NCBI GenBank assembly: GCA_965195285.1
Contig: CBDAFS010000058.1
Coordinates: 21,711 to 85,710 of the forward strand
Source: an uncultured Aminicenantes bacterium
GTDB lineage: Bacteria > Acidobacteriota > Aminicenantia > UBA2199
Reading direction: 5' to 3'
DNA length: 64,000 bases
This document shows, piece after piece, positions 21,235 to 31,846 of the stretch. The position numbers and the translations under genes were made by a program. Under the pieces are notes generated by a model. The model saw nothing but the letters and a program-made list of their open reading frames with translations, did not search any database and was not told the origin of the DNA. The number at the start of each line of letters is the position of its first letter. Within the stretch, counting starts at the first letter, position 1.

Positions 21235-21913
21235 CAGGCTTTCTTATATAAAATGGTTTTATGGTTTTTAAATCCATATTATAGTTCTGTGCCAGATATT
21301 CCTGAAGAGAAATCCGGCATATTTCGGTTGCAAGGAATGACGAGCGGAAAATTAATTTACTGTTCGGAAAATCTTTTTTTAGGTATTTCTTGAAAATATC
21401 CACTCCGTCACCAATGAAGCGAAAATGATTGAAATTCTTCAATTTGGGTTTTAGATCACTTATGTGAATAAGATCCGGTGCAATGATCTCTTTTAAAGAA
21501 CCGTTTGTGAATTCATATCCGCCAATAAAGACCTCATCTCTCTTGGCATTTATCAGGGGAATTAACAATGTATTGGATTGGTTGTATTTATAGGCGATGG
21601 CTTTCAAGGTAATCACCGGAAGCACTGGCACCTTTTTTCCGTATATGAGTCCCTTCAGGGTTGAAAGACCGATCCGGATTCCAGTAAAAACACCGGGTCC
21701 GATTCCCACCCCAAAAACGTCAATGTCGGTCAGTTTCAATTTGGCCGTGTTGAGTACGAATTCGATGGCCGGAATTAACATGGAAGAAAGCTGGTTGTCA
21801 GAAACAAAATTGTATTCAGTAATAATCTCAGTTCCCCGTGCAATTGAGATCGAACTATTTTTTGAGGAAGTGTCCAGTGATAAGATGTTTATATCGTTTG
21901 CTTCATCTTTCAT
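21179..21913 (-). CDS. tsaB: tRNA t6A biosynthesis protein TsaB
   Basis: ILSLDTS, GPGVFTGIRIG, NAKRDEV and PFYIR. Confidence 0.92.
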   Translation of the reverse strand: MKDEANDINILSLDTSSKNSSISIARGTEIITEYNFVSDNQLSSMLIPAIEFVLNTAKLKLTDIDVFGVGIGPGVFTGIRIGLSTLKGLIYGKKVPVLPVITLKAIAYKYNQSNTLLIPLINAKRDEVFIGGYEFTNGSLKEIIAPDLIHISDLKPKLKNFNHFRFIGDGVDIFKKYLKKDFPNSKLIFRSSFLATEICRISLQEYLAQNYNMDLKTIKPFYIRKPDAETKIERNQDKNSKNPQ

Positions 21914-22329
21914 ATATGCTTTTCCATGATGATCTCGCTTCCATGATCGGAGGATTTGAATTCAACCTTATCCATATAACTTTGCATGATCAGTATACCT
22001 CTGCCCTTGAAAGATAAAATGTCATTGTTTTTAAGTTTCTTGTTTATTTCTTTAAAGTTGACTTCCTGTTTATTTTGATCCCGGATACAAATGCGAAGGT
22101 GTTTTTTTTTCCAGACGAATTTGACAAACACATTCTTATCCGGATTGGATTTGTTTCCATGCAAAATAGCATTATTTATGACTTCTCTGAGTGAAATTTC
22201 GATTTTGAAAAAGTTTTCTTCGTCTATGCTTAAAAAGTTTTTCAAATAACCCAGAACCAGAACACTGAAGGCAGTAAATTTCAGGTCACTTATGAACTCA
22301 ATTGAAATATGATCCTCTTGCTGTCTCAT
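21910..22329 (-). CDS. RsbW/SpoIIAB-like HATPase (anti-sigma factor / Ser kinase)
   Basis: EVINNAILHGN N-box and GRGILIMQSYMD.V. ATG 22329 lies 7 nt after TGA-TATACT; ATGA overlap with tsaB. Confidence 0.85.
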   Translation of the reverse strand: MRQQEDHISIEFISDLKFTAFSVLVLGYLKNFLSIDEENFFKIEISLREVINNAILHGNKSNPDKNVFVKFVWKKKHLRICIRDQNKQEVNFKEINKKLKNNDILSFKGRGILIMQSYMDKVEFKSSDHGSEIIMEKHI

Positions 22330-22412
22330 TACTGGAAGTATATCAAAGAAAATGCTTTTTTTCCACACTTAATGAAATTACCAACCCGGTTCAATTGTGT
22401 TATAATCTCAAA

Positions 22413-25052
22413 ATGGAAACCCCAACTGTCACCCCCATGCTCAAGCAGTATTTTCAGATAAAAAAGCAGTATCCGGATGCTATTTTATTTTTCAGAATGG
22501 GTGATTTTTATGAAATGTTTTTTGATGATGCCCGGGTGGCTGCTCCAATATTGGAAGTTGTACTCACCAGCCGGAATAAGAACAAAAAGGATTCAGTGCC
22601 CTTGTGTGGTATTCCCTATCATGCCCGGGATAATTATGCCCTGAAGTTACTGAGAAAGGGTTACAAGGTGGCAATTTGTGACCAGGTTGAAGATCCCGCT
22701 TTATCAAAAGGTATTGTGAAGAGGGAGGTCACGCGTGTTCTAACTCCGGCCACCGCCCTGGAGATTGAGATTGGTGGTTCTGAATTAAATAGTTTTGTGG
22801 TTTCAATTTTCCAAAAGGATGACATTATTTCCATTGCTTCTATTGATATTTCGGCTTCTGATTTTGAGGTGAGACGCTTTGATATCTCCCGTTTTGATCT
22901 GTTTTTAAATGAATTTTACAAGAAATTCCCCCGGGAATTGGTTGTGGCGGAGAGTTATATGAAGCAACTGGATAAAATATGCGGATTTTTCCCTGAAATT
23001 TCCAATATATTGGTTAATGAGTTGCCGGACTTTGAATTCAATAACCTGGAATGTGAACACATATTAAAGGATCACTTTGGACTCGAAACCATCGAGGGGC
23101 TGGGATTAAAGGGAGATGAATCTTCGGTAATTGCTGCCGGTGTTCTGCTGAAGTATCTTCGATCGGTCCGAAAAACAGCGCTGAAGAATATCTCAACCAT
23201 AAAATTTATTCCGGATGAGAACCATCTTATCCTTGATTCAATTTCCTTTAAAAACCTTGAAATATTATTGAATTTAAGATCAGGATTAAAAACGGGAAGT
23301 TTGTTCGGTGCCATTGATTTTTCCCTTACCCTGATGGGGAAGCGATTGCTGAAAAAATGGTTGTCATATCCCTTGATTGAAAAAAAGGAGATTATCAGGA
23401 GACTCGATGGTGTTGATGAACTTTTACACAATTTGATTGCCCGGACAGAGGTCAGGAAAATACTGAAGGACTTCAGTGACCTGGCCAAATTGAATTCAAA
23501 GATCTCATTGAATATTGTATTGCCATTGCATTTGTTAAAATTAAAAGAAACATTGCTGCTCCTTCCCGGACTTAAGAATGAAATAGAAAATATGAGTTCG
23601 GAAATCCTGAAGTCATGCCAAACCGGGATAAAACCACTTGAGAATGTGGTTGAACTGATCGCTGAGGCCATAATGGATGATCCTTCCAATAATCTGAACG
23701 AAGGAAACTTTATTAAACCGGGATATAATAAAAAACTCGATGAGTTGAGGAATATCAGCCGCAATGCCAAGGAAATTGTCTCAGCCATGGAAAATACCGA
23801 AAAGGAACAAACCGGTATTCCCTCGCTTAAAATAAAATATAATAAAATCTTCGGATACTTCATCGAGGTGACCAAAACCCATTTGAAATTGATTCCCCCC
23901 CGCTATATCAGGAAACAGACATTGGTTAATTCCGAGAGATTCATTACCGAGGAGTTAAAGGATTTAGAGGATAAAATCTTAAAAGCAGAAGAAGAAATCA
24001 TTCAGATAGAAAAAAGGTTGTTCAACGAGCTTATTGAGGGAATTCAATTGTTTTCACCGGATTTAAATGAAAATTCAAATCTAATTGCCTTGCTGGATGT
24101 TCTGGCTGCCGGAGCTGAACTGGCCCAAAAGAGGGATTTTTCCAGGCCTGAGATTCATAATGGGAGTGAAATAGAAATCAAGGAGGGTCGACATCCGGTG
24201 GTTGAAATGAACTCTGAAAAGGGATTCATTCCCAATGATACACTCTTGAATGCGAAATCCAATCAGATTTTGATTATAACCGGTCCCAATATGGGGGGGA
24301 AGTCTACTTATTTAAGGCAGAATGCCCTGATTGTGATTCTGGCCCAGATTGGTTATTTTATTCCGGCTGAAAGAGCATCCATTGGGATATGTGACCGGAT
24401 TTTTACTCGAATCGGGGCCTCCGATTCATTAATTGAAGGCAAATCCACATTTCTGGTTGAAATGATTGAAACTTCGATTATTCTCAATAATACCACACCC
24501 AAATCATTGATCTTATTGGATGAGATCGGCAGGGGAACTTCAACCTTTGATGGTTTATCCATTGCCTGGGCCGTTATTGAATATTTGCATTCCATCAATG
24601 AAAAGCCCAAAACCCTGTTTGCGACTCATTACCATGAGCTTACCGAGCTATCGGATGTTCTGGAAAGGGTAAAAAACTACCATATCACGGTCAGGGAATG
24701 GCAGGACAATGTGGTTTTCCTGCATAAAATTGTAGCCGGGGCCTCTGATCAGAGTTTTGGAATTCATGTGGCCAAAATCGCCGGTATTCCCGAACCGGTC
24801 ATTGAACGATCAAAAGAGGTTTTGTTGAATCTGGAAAAAAAAGAATTCAACCGCTTGGTCAAGGAGAGGATTTCTGGAAAAATAAAAAAATTATCGGGAA
24901 TGCCACAGAATCTTTTTGCAGAGGATGCCGAGCTCAAAGTGTGGGATGAGATCCGGGAAAAATTAAAGGAAGTGGATATAACCCGAATTACACCTCTTGA
25001 AGCCCTCAATATTCTCCATTTTTTAAAACAAAGAAGTGAGAATTTGAAATAA
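22413..25052 (+). CDS. mutS: DNA mismatch repair protein MutS
   Basis: TPMLKQY, FFRMGDFYEMF, GPNMGGKST, DEIGRGTST and FATHYHEL. Confidence 0.97.
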   Translation: METPTVTPMLKQYFQIKKQYPDAILFFRMGDFYEMFFDDARVAAPILEVVLTSRNKNKKDSVPLCGIPYHARDNYALKLLRKGYKVAICDQVEDPALSKGIVKREVTRVLTPATALEIEIGGSELNSFVVSIFQKDDIISIASIDISASDFEVRRFDISRFDLFLNEFYKKFPRELVVAESYMKQLDKICGFFPEISNILVNELPDFEFNNLECEHILKDHFGLETIEGLGLKGDESSVIAAGVLLKYLRSVRKTALKNISTIKFIPDENHLILDSISFKNLEILLNLRSGLKTGSLFGAIDFSLTLMGKRLLKKWLSYPLIEKKEIIRRLDGVDELLHNLIARTEVRKILKDFSDLAKLNSKISLNIVLPLHLLKLKETLLLLPGLKNEIENMSSEILKSCQTGIKPLENVVELIAEAIMDDPSNNLNEGNFIKPGYNKKLDELRNISRNAKEIVSAMENTEKEQTGIPSLKIKYNKIFGYFIEVTKTHLKLIPPRYIRKQTLVNSERFITEELKDLEDKILKAEEEIIQIEKRLFNELIEGIQLFSPDLNENSNLIALLDVLAAGAELAQKRDFSRPEIHNGSEIEIKEGRHPVVEMNSEKGFIPNDTLLNAKSNQILIITGPNMGGKSTYLRQNALIVILAQIGYFIPAERASIGICDRIFTRIGASDSLIEGKSTFLVEMIETSIILNNTTPKSLILLDEIGRGTSTFDGLSIAWAVIEYLHSINEKPKTLFATHYHELTELSDVLERVKNYHITVREWQDNVVFLHKIVAGASDQSFGIHVAKIAGIPEPVIERSKEVLLNLEKKEFNRLVKERISGKIKKLSGMPQNLFAEDAELKVWDEIREKLKEVDITRITPLEALNILHFLKQRSENLK

Positions 25053-25060
25053 AGATCTGT

Positions 25061-26485
25061 TTAATAGCGATAGTGCTCGGGTTTGTATGGCCCCTCAATT
25101 GGAATTCCGAGGTATTCGGATTGTTTTTCACTGAGGCGGGTTAATTTCGCATTCAAGAGCCCCAGGTGTAATCGAGCTACTTCTTCATCCAGAATTTTGG
25201 AGAGGGTGTAAACTTTTTTTTCATGTTCCCGGGTTGCCAATTCAATTTGAGCCAGGCATTGATTGGTAAAGCTTGAGCTCATCACAAAACTGGGATGCCC
25301 GGTTGCGCAACCCAGATTGACCAGTCGACCTTCGGCCAGTACAATAATGGATCGTCCTGATTCAAGTGTCCACTTGTCTACCTGAGGTTTGATATTCAGC
25401 TTCTTACAATTTTTATTTTCAAGCAGATAGCTCATCTCAATTTCACTATCAAAATGGCCGATATTACAAACGATGGCACCTTCCTTCATTTGTTCCATGT
25501 GCGTACCCCGGATGACATGCCAGTTTCCGGTGGCAGTCACAAAAATATCTGCCTTGTCCACAACATCCTCGAGTCTTACTACGGGATATCCTTCCATGGC
25601 AGCCTGCAGAGCGCAGATCGGGTCAATTTCGGTGATATATACTTGGGCTCCGAAGTTTTTCAGGGATTGTGCACTTCCTTTGCCAACGTCACCGTACCCG
25701 CAAACCACAGCTTTTTTGCCGGCCAGCATAATATCGGTTGCGCGCTTTATGCCATCGGTCAGAGATTCCCGGCATCCATAGAGGTTGTCGAATTTGGATT
25801 TGGTTACCGAATCATTGACATTAATGGCCGGAAAAAGAAGTAAACCATCCTTAGCCAGTTGATAAAGGCGGTTGACCCCGGTCGTGGTCTCTTCTGAAAC
25901 GCCTCGGATTTGAGAAGATATTTTGCTCCAGTGCCGGTCATCTTTTTCCAGGACCGATCGAATCCGTTGCATTAACATTTGAAATTCCTGATGTTCATAG
26001 GTTTTGGTCAATAAAGATGGGTCTTTTTCCGCTTTTACCCCTTCATGAAGCAGAAGTGTGGCATCTCCGCCATCATCGACAATAAGGTTGGGTCCGGAAC
26101 CATCCGGCCAGGTCAGGGCCTGCTCGGTACACCACCAGTACTCCTCCAGGGTTTCCCCCTTCCAGGCAAAGACCGCAGCTGTTCCGGCTTCGGCAATGGC
26201 CGCGGCTGCATGGTCCTGGGTTGAGAATATATTGCATGAAGCCCATCTGATATCTGCCCCCAGTTCTACCAGAGTCTCGATTAGCATAGCGGTTTGGATG
26301 GTCATATGAAGGCTTCCGGTTATTTTTATGCCTTTTAAAGGTTTTTGAAGACCGTACTTTTCTCGAATCGCCATCAAGCCGGGCATTTCGACCTCGGCAA
26401 GTTTCATTTCTTCCCGGCCCCATTTGGCCAGGGAGATGTCAGCAATTTTGTACTTTAACGTTAAATCAAGTTTTATTATATCCAT
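25061..26485 (-). CDS. ahcY: S-adenosylhomocysteine hydrolase
   Basis: [32 protein letters not shown] and [13 protein letters not shown]. Confidence 0.97.
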   Translation of the reverse strand: MDIIKLDLTLKYKIADISLAKWGREEMKLAEVEMPGLMAIREKYGLQKPLKGIKITGSLHMTIQTAMLIETLVELGADIRWASCNIFSTQDHAAAAIAEAGTAAVFAWKGETLEEYWWCTEQALTWPDGSGPNLIVDDGGDATLLLHEGVKAEKDPSLLTKTYEHQEFQMLMQRIRSVLEKDDRHWSKISSQIRGVSEETTTGVNRLYQLAKDGLLLFPAINVNDSVTKSKFDNLYGCRESLTDGIKRATDIMLAGKKAVVCGYGDVGKGSAQSLKNFGAQVYITEIDPICALQAAMEGYPVVRLEDVVDKADIFVTATGNWHVIRGTHMEQMKEGAIVCNIGHFDSEIEMSYLLENKNCKKLNIKPQVDKWTLESGRSIIVLAEGRLVNLGCATGHPSFVMSSSFTNQCLAQIELATREHEKKVYTLSKILDEEVARLHLGLLNAKLTRLSEKQSEYLGIPIEGPYKPEHYRY

Positions 26486-26508
26486 AATTTATCTCCTTAT
26501 AACTATAC

Positions 26509-27435
26509 TTAGATTTGGTTTCGTTTTTTTTTCGAACAAATCATGATTCCCTTTAATCCTTTCTTTAAATTGAAGTAATCAACTTTCATTATTGAAAATC
26601 CGGTTTTATTCAACCATTCTCTGATTTCAGGTTCAGAGAAACCCAACCAGCGATCGCCATATTTCAGGCGCAGGTTCTCAAGCCTGTGTTTGAGAAAATC
26701 CACAATGATAAATTGACTGTTTGAGTTCAAAATGCGGTTGACTTCTTTGAATGAAACCAATGGAGAAGGCAAGTGGTGAAGGACCATATTGATGATGACC
26801 AGATCTGCTTCGCGGTTACCCAGAGGAAGATGCTCGATTTCTCCTATTCGTAAGTCGATATTCGATTTTTCTTTTAAAAATCGTTTGCGTGCTTCCTCCA
26901 GCATCTTTGGGGATTTGTCCACACCGATCACCCGATCAGAGACCTTTTTCAGATCAACCAGTAGATCTCCTGTGCCGCAGCCCAAATCCACAACTGTCCG
27001 TGAAACCGGAATTTGATTCAGTATATATTCATTTAGTCTAAAATCTCCGAAAATTTCTGACTTTAATTGCTGCCAGTCTTCAGCAATTGAATCGAAAAAT
27101 CGGGTGGTTTCCTTTGACCGCTTTTCGATTACCCGTTTAGCGGCCGATAGATCAGCCAGAAAAATATCCTCATCCTTGAAAAAATACCTGGTAGATTCAA
27201 TAAATTTTGAGCCCGGTCCCTCTCTGCTGACTGAATAAAATGACCAGAGCCCGTCACGACGAAAGGTCAATAATAAATGATCAGTCAATATTTTCAAATG
27301 TCTGGAAATTCGGGATTGGCCCATGTTCAATATTTCAACGATTTCATTCACATTTAATTCATAGTGGGAGAGCAGATTAATTATACGTAGTCGGGTTTCG
27401 TCGGCAAGTGCCTTGAAGTAGTTATCCGGTTTCAC
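26509..27435 (-). CDS. sahR: ArsR-HTH plus SAM-binding methyltransferase-fold transcriptional regulator (SahR-like)
   Basis: FKALADETRLRI..QSRISRHLKIL HTH followed by VDLGCGTG and MVLHH. Immediately upstream of ahcY. GTG 27435 lies 7 nt after the -10 box. Confidence 0.8.
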   Translation of the reverse strand: MKPDNYFKALADETRLRIINLLSHYELNVNEIVEILNMGQSRISRHLKILTDHLLLTFRRDGLWSFYSVSREGPGSKFIESTRYFFKDEDIFLADLSAAKRVIEKRSKETTRFFDSIAEDWQQLKSEIFGDFRLNEYILNQIPVSRTVVDLGCGTGDLLVDLKKVSDRVIGVDKSPKMLEEARKRFLKEKSNIDLRIGEIEHLPLGNREADLVIINMVLHHLPSPLVSFKEVNRILNSNSQFIIVDFLKHRLENLRLKYGDRWLGFSEPEIREWLNKTGFSIMKVDYFNLKKGLKGIMICSKKKRNQI

Positions 27436-27442
27436 ATTTATG

Positions 27443-27471
27443 AGTATATCAAGATATACGGATATTGTCAA
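27443..27471 (-). promoter_or_regulatory. sahR-ahcY promoter with an overlapping palindromic operator (27446-27465)
   Basis: Minus strand TTGACA-N17-TATACT. The spacer region is the near-palindrome ATATCAAG-atat-ACGGATAT. Confidence 0.75.
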
Positions 27472-27529
27472 TGAAAATTGTTTCTCAATCGTTATTTACT
27501 AATTTAAAAATCTTTCTTATAATACAATA

Positions 27530-29581
27530 GTGGATGTCAAAGAAAAAATTTCAAAACTATCCAAATCGTTGTTGCATCATCAATACCTTTATTATGTGAA
27601 AAATCAGCCTGAAATCTCAGATAGAGAATATGACTGTTTGTTTGATGAGCTGCTGGATCTGGAGAAAAAGTATCCGCAATTGGCTGTACTCAATTCTCCC
27701 ACCAAGCGAATCGGTTCGGATCTGGACAACAGTTTTTCGGAGCGAAAACATAAAATTCCGGTTTTGTCTCTGGATAAGGAATATACCACCGAGGGTTTGA
27801 AAAAATGGATTGATAAAATCCGGTTCAACGCCGGGGGCGATATCAGTTTTGTGGTTGAGGAAAAGATCGATGGTGCCTCTATTATTCTTTACTATAAAAA
27901 GGGATTGCTGGATATTGCTCTTACCCGAGGAAACGGGATTTTCGGAAATGATGTGACCAACAACATCAGAACCATCAACCAGGTTCCCTTAATCATCAAT
28001 CAACCGATTGATGTGGTGGTAAGAGGAGAAATTTATATTACCAAATCCGATTTTCAAAAATACAATAAAAATTTTGAAGGCAAGTATTCGAATCCCAGAA
28101 ACCTGGCAGCTGGAAGTTTGCGGAACCTGAAATCTTCGCTTGTATCCAAAATTCCGTTGAATATTTTTGCTCATGAAGGTTATTTTCAGGAGGGAAAAGC
28201 AACGGATTTTCAATTGGATAACCATGTGATGATCATTTCAAAGATCATGAACCTTGGATTCCGGATTAATCCGAACCTGGGTTTCTTTTCCGATAAGTCG
28301 GATTGGTTTTTCCCGCTGAAAGAGAAATTCCCTGAGTTGGTTACAGGTACCATTGCCGATATCAGTGATTATATAAAAATCCTCTCCAAAAAAAGAAAAA
28401 AACTGAAATATGAAATTGATGGCCTGGTGATCAAAGTAAATGAAATTCCAATTCGAAACCGGCTGGGGTACACATCTCATCATCCCCGTTGGTCTGTTGC
28501 CTTTAAATTTGATGCTCCGGTCGGACATACGGTATTGAATGAAATACGGATTCAAATCGGAAGGAATGGACGGGTGACTCCGGTGGCCATTTTAAAACCA
28601 GTAAAACTGGGCGGCAGTATTGTTTCCAGAGCAACCCTCCATAATCAGGAGTATATTGATATGCTGGAGCTTGGAATTGGCGATGTTGTCAGTATATCAA
28701 AGCGGGGTGATGTGATCCCGGCTGTAGAAGAGGTAGTCGAAAAAAGCATTGAGAATCCGTCGATTTTCAAGCTGACTAAATTCTGTCCGTTTTGTCAGTT
28801 CAAATTGATAAAAGATGGTTCTCATCATTTTTGCCCGAACCGGAAATGTTCGGAGCGAATGAAACGTTCTCTGATTTACTTTGTAGCCAGGGATCAGATG
28901 GATATTGAGGGTTTGGGTGAAAAAACCATTAGATTTCTGTTTGAAAAGGGATTTATAAAGAGTATTTCCGATTTATTTACATTTGATTATGGGAGCTTGC
29001 TCGGTCAGGAGGGATTTAAAGAAAAAAAAATCGAGAATATCAGAAAAAATATTGAATTGAGTAAGAGAAAACCTTTTAGTAGAGTTTTATTTGCTCTTGG
29101 ATTTGAGGGTCTGGGATCGAATACGGTTTTAGAATTAATAAAAAGCGGATATGATTCAATCGACAAAATTATGGATACCGCAGCCAGAAATCAAACCGAA
29201 AAATTCTCCTCAATAGAGGGATTCGGTGAAATCACGGCACGGTTGATGATCCAGCACTTCAGTGATCCCAAAAATATTGAAATGATAGAAACCTTAAAAA
29301 AAATCGGGCTCAGTTTTCAAGAACATTTTAAATCTGAACCGGAGTTTTCCATGGTATTTAACGGTCAAATCTGGGCGATTACCGGATCCTTTCGTCATTT
29401 TTCGCTCCGTTCACAGGTTGCCGGGGAAATTGAAAAAAGGGGAGGTAGAGTCAGTGATTCAATTTCCGGAAAAACCACTCACTTACTCTGCGGTGATTCT
29501 CCCAGCGGAAAACTGGAAAAGGCAAAGAATCTGAATATCCGGATTGTCCGTGAAGATGAATTCATGGAAATGTTAATATGA
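27530..29581 (+). CDS. ligA: NAD-dependent DNA ligase
   Basis: EEKIDG, TRGNG..G.DVT, RGE, NPRN.AAGSLR, IDGLVIK, Zn finger and C-terminal BRCT. Confidence 0.97.
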   Translation: MDVKEKISKLSKSLLHHQYLYYVKNQPEISDREYDCLFDELLDLEKKYPQLAVLNSPTKRIGSDLDNSFSERKHKIPVLSLDKEYTTEGLKKWIDKIRFNAGGDISFVVEEKIDGASIILYYKKGLLDIALTRGNGIFGNDVTNNIRTINQVPLIINQPIDVVVRGEIYITKSDFQKYNKNFEGKYSNPRNLAAGSLRNLKSSLVSKIPLNIFAHEGYFQEGKATDFQLDNHVMIISKIMNLGFRINPNLGFFSDKSDWFFPLKEKFPELVTGTIADISDYIKILSKKRKKLKYEIDGLVIKVNEIPIRNRLGYTSHHPRWSVAFKFDAPVGHTVLNEIRIQIGRNGRVTPVAILKPVKLGGSIVSRATLHNQEYIDMLELGIGDVVSISKRGDVIPAVEEVVEKSIENPSIFKLTKFCPFCQFKLIKDGSHHFCPNRKCSERMKRSLIYFVARDQMDIEGLGEKTIRFLFEKGFIKSISDLFTFDYGSLLGQEGFKEKKIENIRKNIELSKRKPFSRVLFALGFEGLGSNTVLELIKSGYDSIDKIMDTAARNQTEKFSSIEGFGEITARLMIQHFSDPKNIEMIETLKKIGLSFQEHFKSEPEFSMVFNGQIWAITGSFRHFSLRSQVAGEIEKRGGRVSDSISGKTTHLLCGDSPSGKLEKAKNLNIRIVREDEFMEMLI

Positions 29582-30124
29582 ATCCCGATCCTCTTTTTTA
29601 TCCCTGTTATGGTATCTTTTCATATAGTCTTCAGTAACTTTTGTTTTGTCCAGGTATAAATATTCCGCGTATTTTTTAACATAGGCTTTCAAATATCCCG
29701 GTGGAGGCAGGATATTGTATTCTTCAAGTTCGATACTCTTGAGATGTTTATGGGGGATCCCGGTTGCCAGGGCGGCATCCTCCAGTTCGGTTCCCATGAC
29801 TTCTCTGATCAATTTTAGTGCTTTCCCGCTGAATACTTCGAATTCGGGAATCCGCCGTTTGGAAACCGAATCCTTGGTACTATTCAATACCACTTTGGTT
29901 TCAATCGAATAATACTTCTTCAGTTCATGGTAAGCCTCTTTGAGTTGAATCAAAATTTCCTTGCGTTTTCCTTCGGAAATTGAATCCATGATTGAAACCA
30001 GAGCAGAGGATTTGGTTGCGTATAATTCGGATAAATGCAAAAATGAACTTCGAACTTCTGAAAATGGAGAGTCAGGAGTGATTTCCAGAATTTCGAAGTA
30101 TTTTTGATATTCTGAATCAGACAT
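29573..30124 (-). CDS. J-domain-like (no HPD) plus RodZ-type HTH_25 protein
   Basis: N-terminus YFEILEI....EV...F..L..LY..EAY..L. C-terminus GKALK.IRE..G..L..A..T.I....L.SIE.E.Y..LP...YLKAYVKKYA.YL.LD. Confidence 0.7.
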   Translation of the reverse strand: MSDSEYQKYFEILEITPDSPFSEVRSSFLHLSELYATKSSALVSIMDSISEGKRKEILIQLKEAYHELKKYYSIETKVVLNSTKDSVSKRRIPEFEVFSGKALKLIREVMGTELEDAALATGIPHKHLKSIELEEYNILPPPGYLKAYVKKYAEYLYLDKTKVTEDYMKRYHNRDKKEDRDSY

Positions 30125-31055
30125 TTTTTATCCTGTCAATTTTTATTTGATTCCCGGTTTTGATGTTTTCGGCAATGGTAATGATTTCCTGCTCTATTCT
30201 GGGAGATATAATGAATTTATGTGTAGGTACGAGACTGAAATTTTTCCATGACTGGTTATCATATTCCACATATCCGGAATAGTGTATGTCCACGCCAAAG
30301 TATTTCATGCAGATGCTTTTTATTGAAAATCCTTCAATGATATCATTGGCTTTTCTAACTTTATTGACAATCAGATACAATTGAAGATGGGATACCTTTT
30401 TGAGAGTTGACTGATCTATTCTTTCGGAAGCTTCACCCAATTGCCTGATCAAATCTCCCAGGGTCTTAATCTGGTATTGTTTCCGATTATTCCAAAGATT
30501 TTCAATGGTTTTATTCAAGCCGTAATGGCTCAATGAGAAATGTAATTTCCTGAAAAAACTGTTTCGAATGAAATGAAGTAAATTCTCAATTGAGATTATC
30601 TCCAGGTCAGTGGTCACAATTTTTTTGTCAGCTTTGAGAAAAAAATCAATGGTCATCTGGCTTGAACCTCCCCCGAGATCCAGCAAGATGTAATCGGCAT
30701 TAACCCTTTTTAAACCGGAGAAAAATGCCTTGATCTGTTTATGGCCAATAGCAATAAAGGAAATTCCGTTTTGATTCCCGGTGATGATTTTCAGGTTTTT
30801 CACTCTGGTTGGCTGAATCAGGTTTTCAATGGCTTCATTATCTTCAAAACAATCCAGGATGGATTTTTCGGCTGACGGAATTCCAAAGAATGAATGAATA
30901 TTGGGTGCACTCAAATCACAATCAATGAGGAGAACCCGCTTCCCGTCTCCGGCCAGAAATTTGGCTATTTGACTGATAACAAGCGTTTTTCCGGTTCCGC
31001 CTTTGCCGCTACCAATGGCCCAGATTTGGGCTCTGTTTTTTGTTTCCTTTTTCAT
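30117..31055 (-). CDS. MinD/FlhG(FleN)-family P-loop ATPase
   Basis: Deviant Walker A SGKGGTGKT, LLIDCDL..PN, LDLGGG and IVNKV. Confidence 0.85.
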   Translation of the reverse strand: MKKETKNRAQIWAIGSGKGGTGKTLVISQIAKFLAGDGKRVLLIDCDLSAPNIHSFFGIPSAEKSILDCFEDNEAIENLIQPTRVKNLKIITGNQNGISFIAIGHKQIKAFFSGLKRVNADYILLDLGGGSSQMTIDFFLKADKKIVTTDLEIISIENLLHFIRNSFFRKLHFSLSHYGLNKTIENLWNNRKQYQIKTLGDLIRQLGEASERIDQSTLKKVSHLQLYLIVNKVRKANDIIEGFSIKSICMKYFGVDIHYSGYVEYDNQSWKNFSLVPTHKFIISPRIEQEIITIAENIKTGNQIKIDRIKNV

Positions 31056-31156
31056 TTCCTTTTTTATGGACTTCTTTACTCCGTTTTATTATAACACTTT
31101 TGAAATCAAATTTCCCTATCCAGGTGACCTGGAGGTGTTTGTCCGCTAATGATTTT

Positions 31157-31846
31157 TTATCGAGTCACCTGGCATTCGATCTTCACCAAGGTGTAATATT
31201 GGCGGTGATCGTTGGATCGGATTTTAAGAAAATGGGTGGCTTTCACCTCTGTTTTTGCCTTGAGGATGATTTCTATCACGGCACTCTGATTGGGTTTGAT
31301 AACGGTATCGGAAAACATCGGAATGATTTCCGGTATATGGGAAACTTCCAGAATTTTTAAGTCCAGGTTGCCAGTATTTTTTATGATCAATTTCCTTGAT
31401 TTTTGCTTGCCCAGGGATATTTTTTTAAAATCGATGCTGGAGGGACTGACTTCAATGCGGGCAAAATTCTTCAAGGTAACCAGGCCAATTATTTTCAGCC
31501 GAATATAAGGATTTTTATCATCATTACTGGTTACTCCTATGGATTTCATGATTCTTCTGCCCCCGAAACCGTTGGAAATGAATTTAACCGGAATCGTTCC
31601 TTTTTCTCCGGGTTTGTATTTTTTTTTATTCAGCCGGGTAACCGTGCATCCGCAGGAGGGCCGGATGCTTTTAATATAGAGTACGCTGTCCCCCGTGTTT
31701 TTAAATTTAAAGGCCAGATTAACGGATTTTCCCTCATCGACTTTCCCAAAATTAATTTCCTGACTTTCAAATTTTAAAACTGCTTTTGCCTGAAGCATGA
31801 ATGAAAGCAAAAGGCAAAGAAAGGCGAAGATAAGTATTTTTCTCAT
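31157..31846 (-). CDS. Exported protein with tandem DUF1573/Ig-like domains
   Basis: Signal peptide; FGKV.EG..F.FKNTG..L.I..I.PSCGCT..PGE repeated degenerately. ATGA overlap with lpxD. Confidence 0.8.
   Translation of the reverse strand: MRKILIFAFLCLLLSFMLQAKAVLKFESQEINFGKVDEGKSVNLAFKFKNTGDSVLYIKSIRPSCGCTVTRLNKKKYKPGEKGTIPVKFISNGFGGRRIMKSIGVTSNDDKNPYIRLKIIGLVTLKNFARIEVSPSSIDFKKISLGKQKSRKLIIKNTGNLDLKILEVSHIPEIIPMFSDTVIKPNQSAVIEIILKAKTEVKATHFLKIRSNDHRQYYTLVKIECQVTR

Noticed and set aside
23072-23875. 267-aa antisense ORF inside mutS, and other shadow ORFs
   Set aside because: They lie opposite or within well-supported genes, have no motifs and reflect codon bias.
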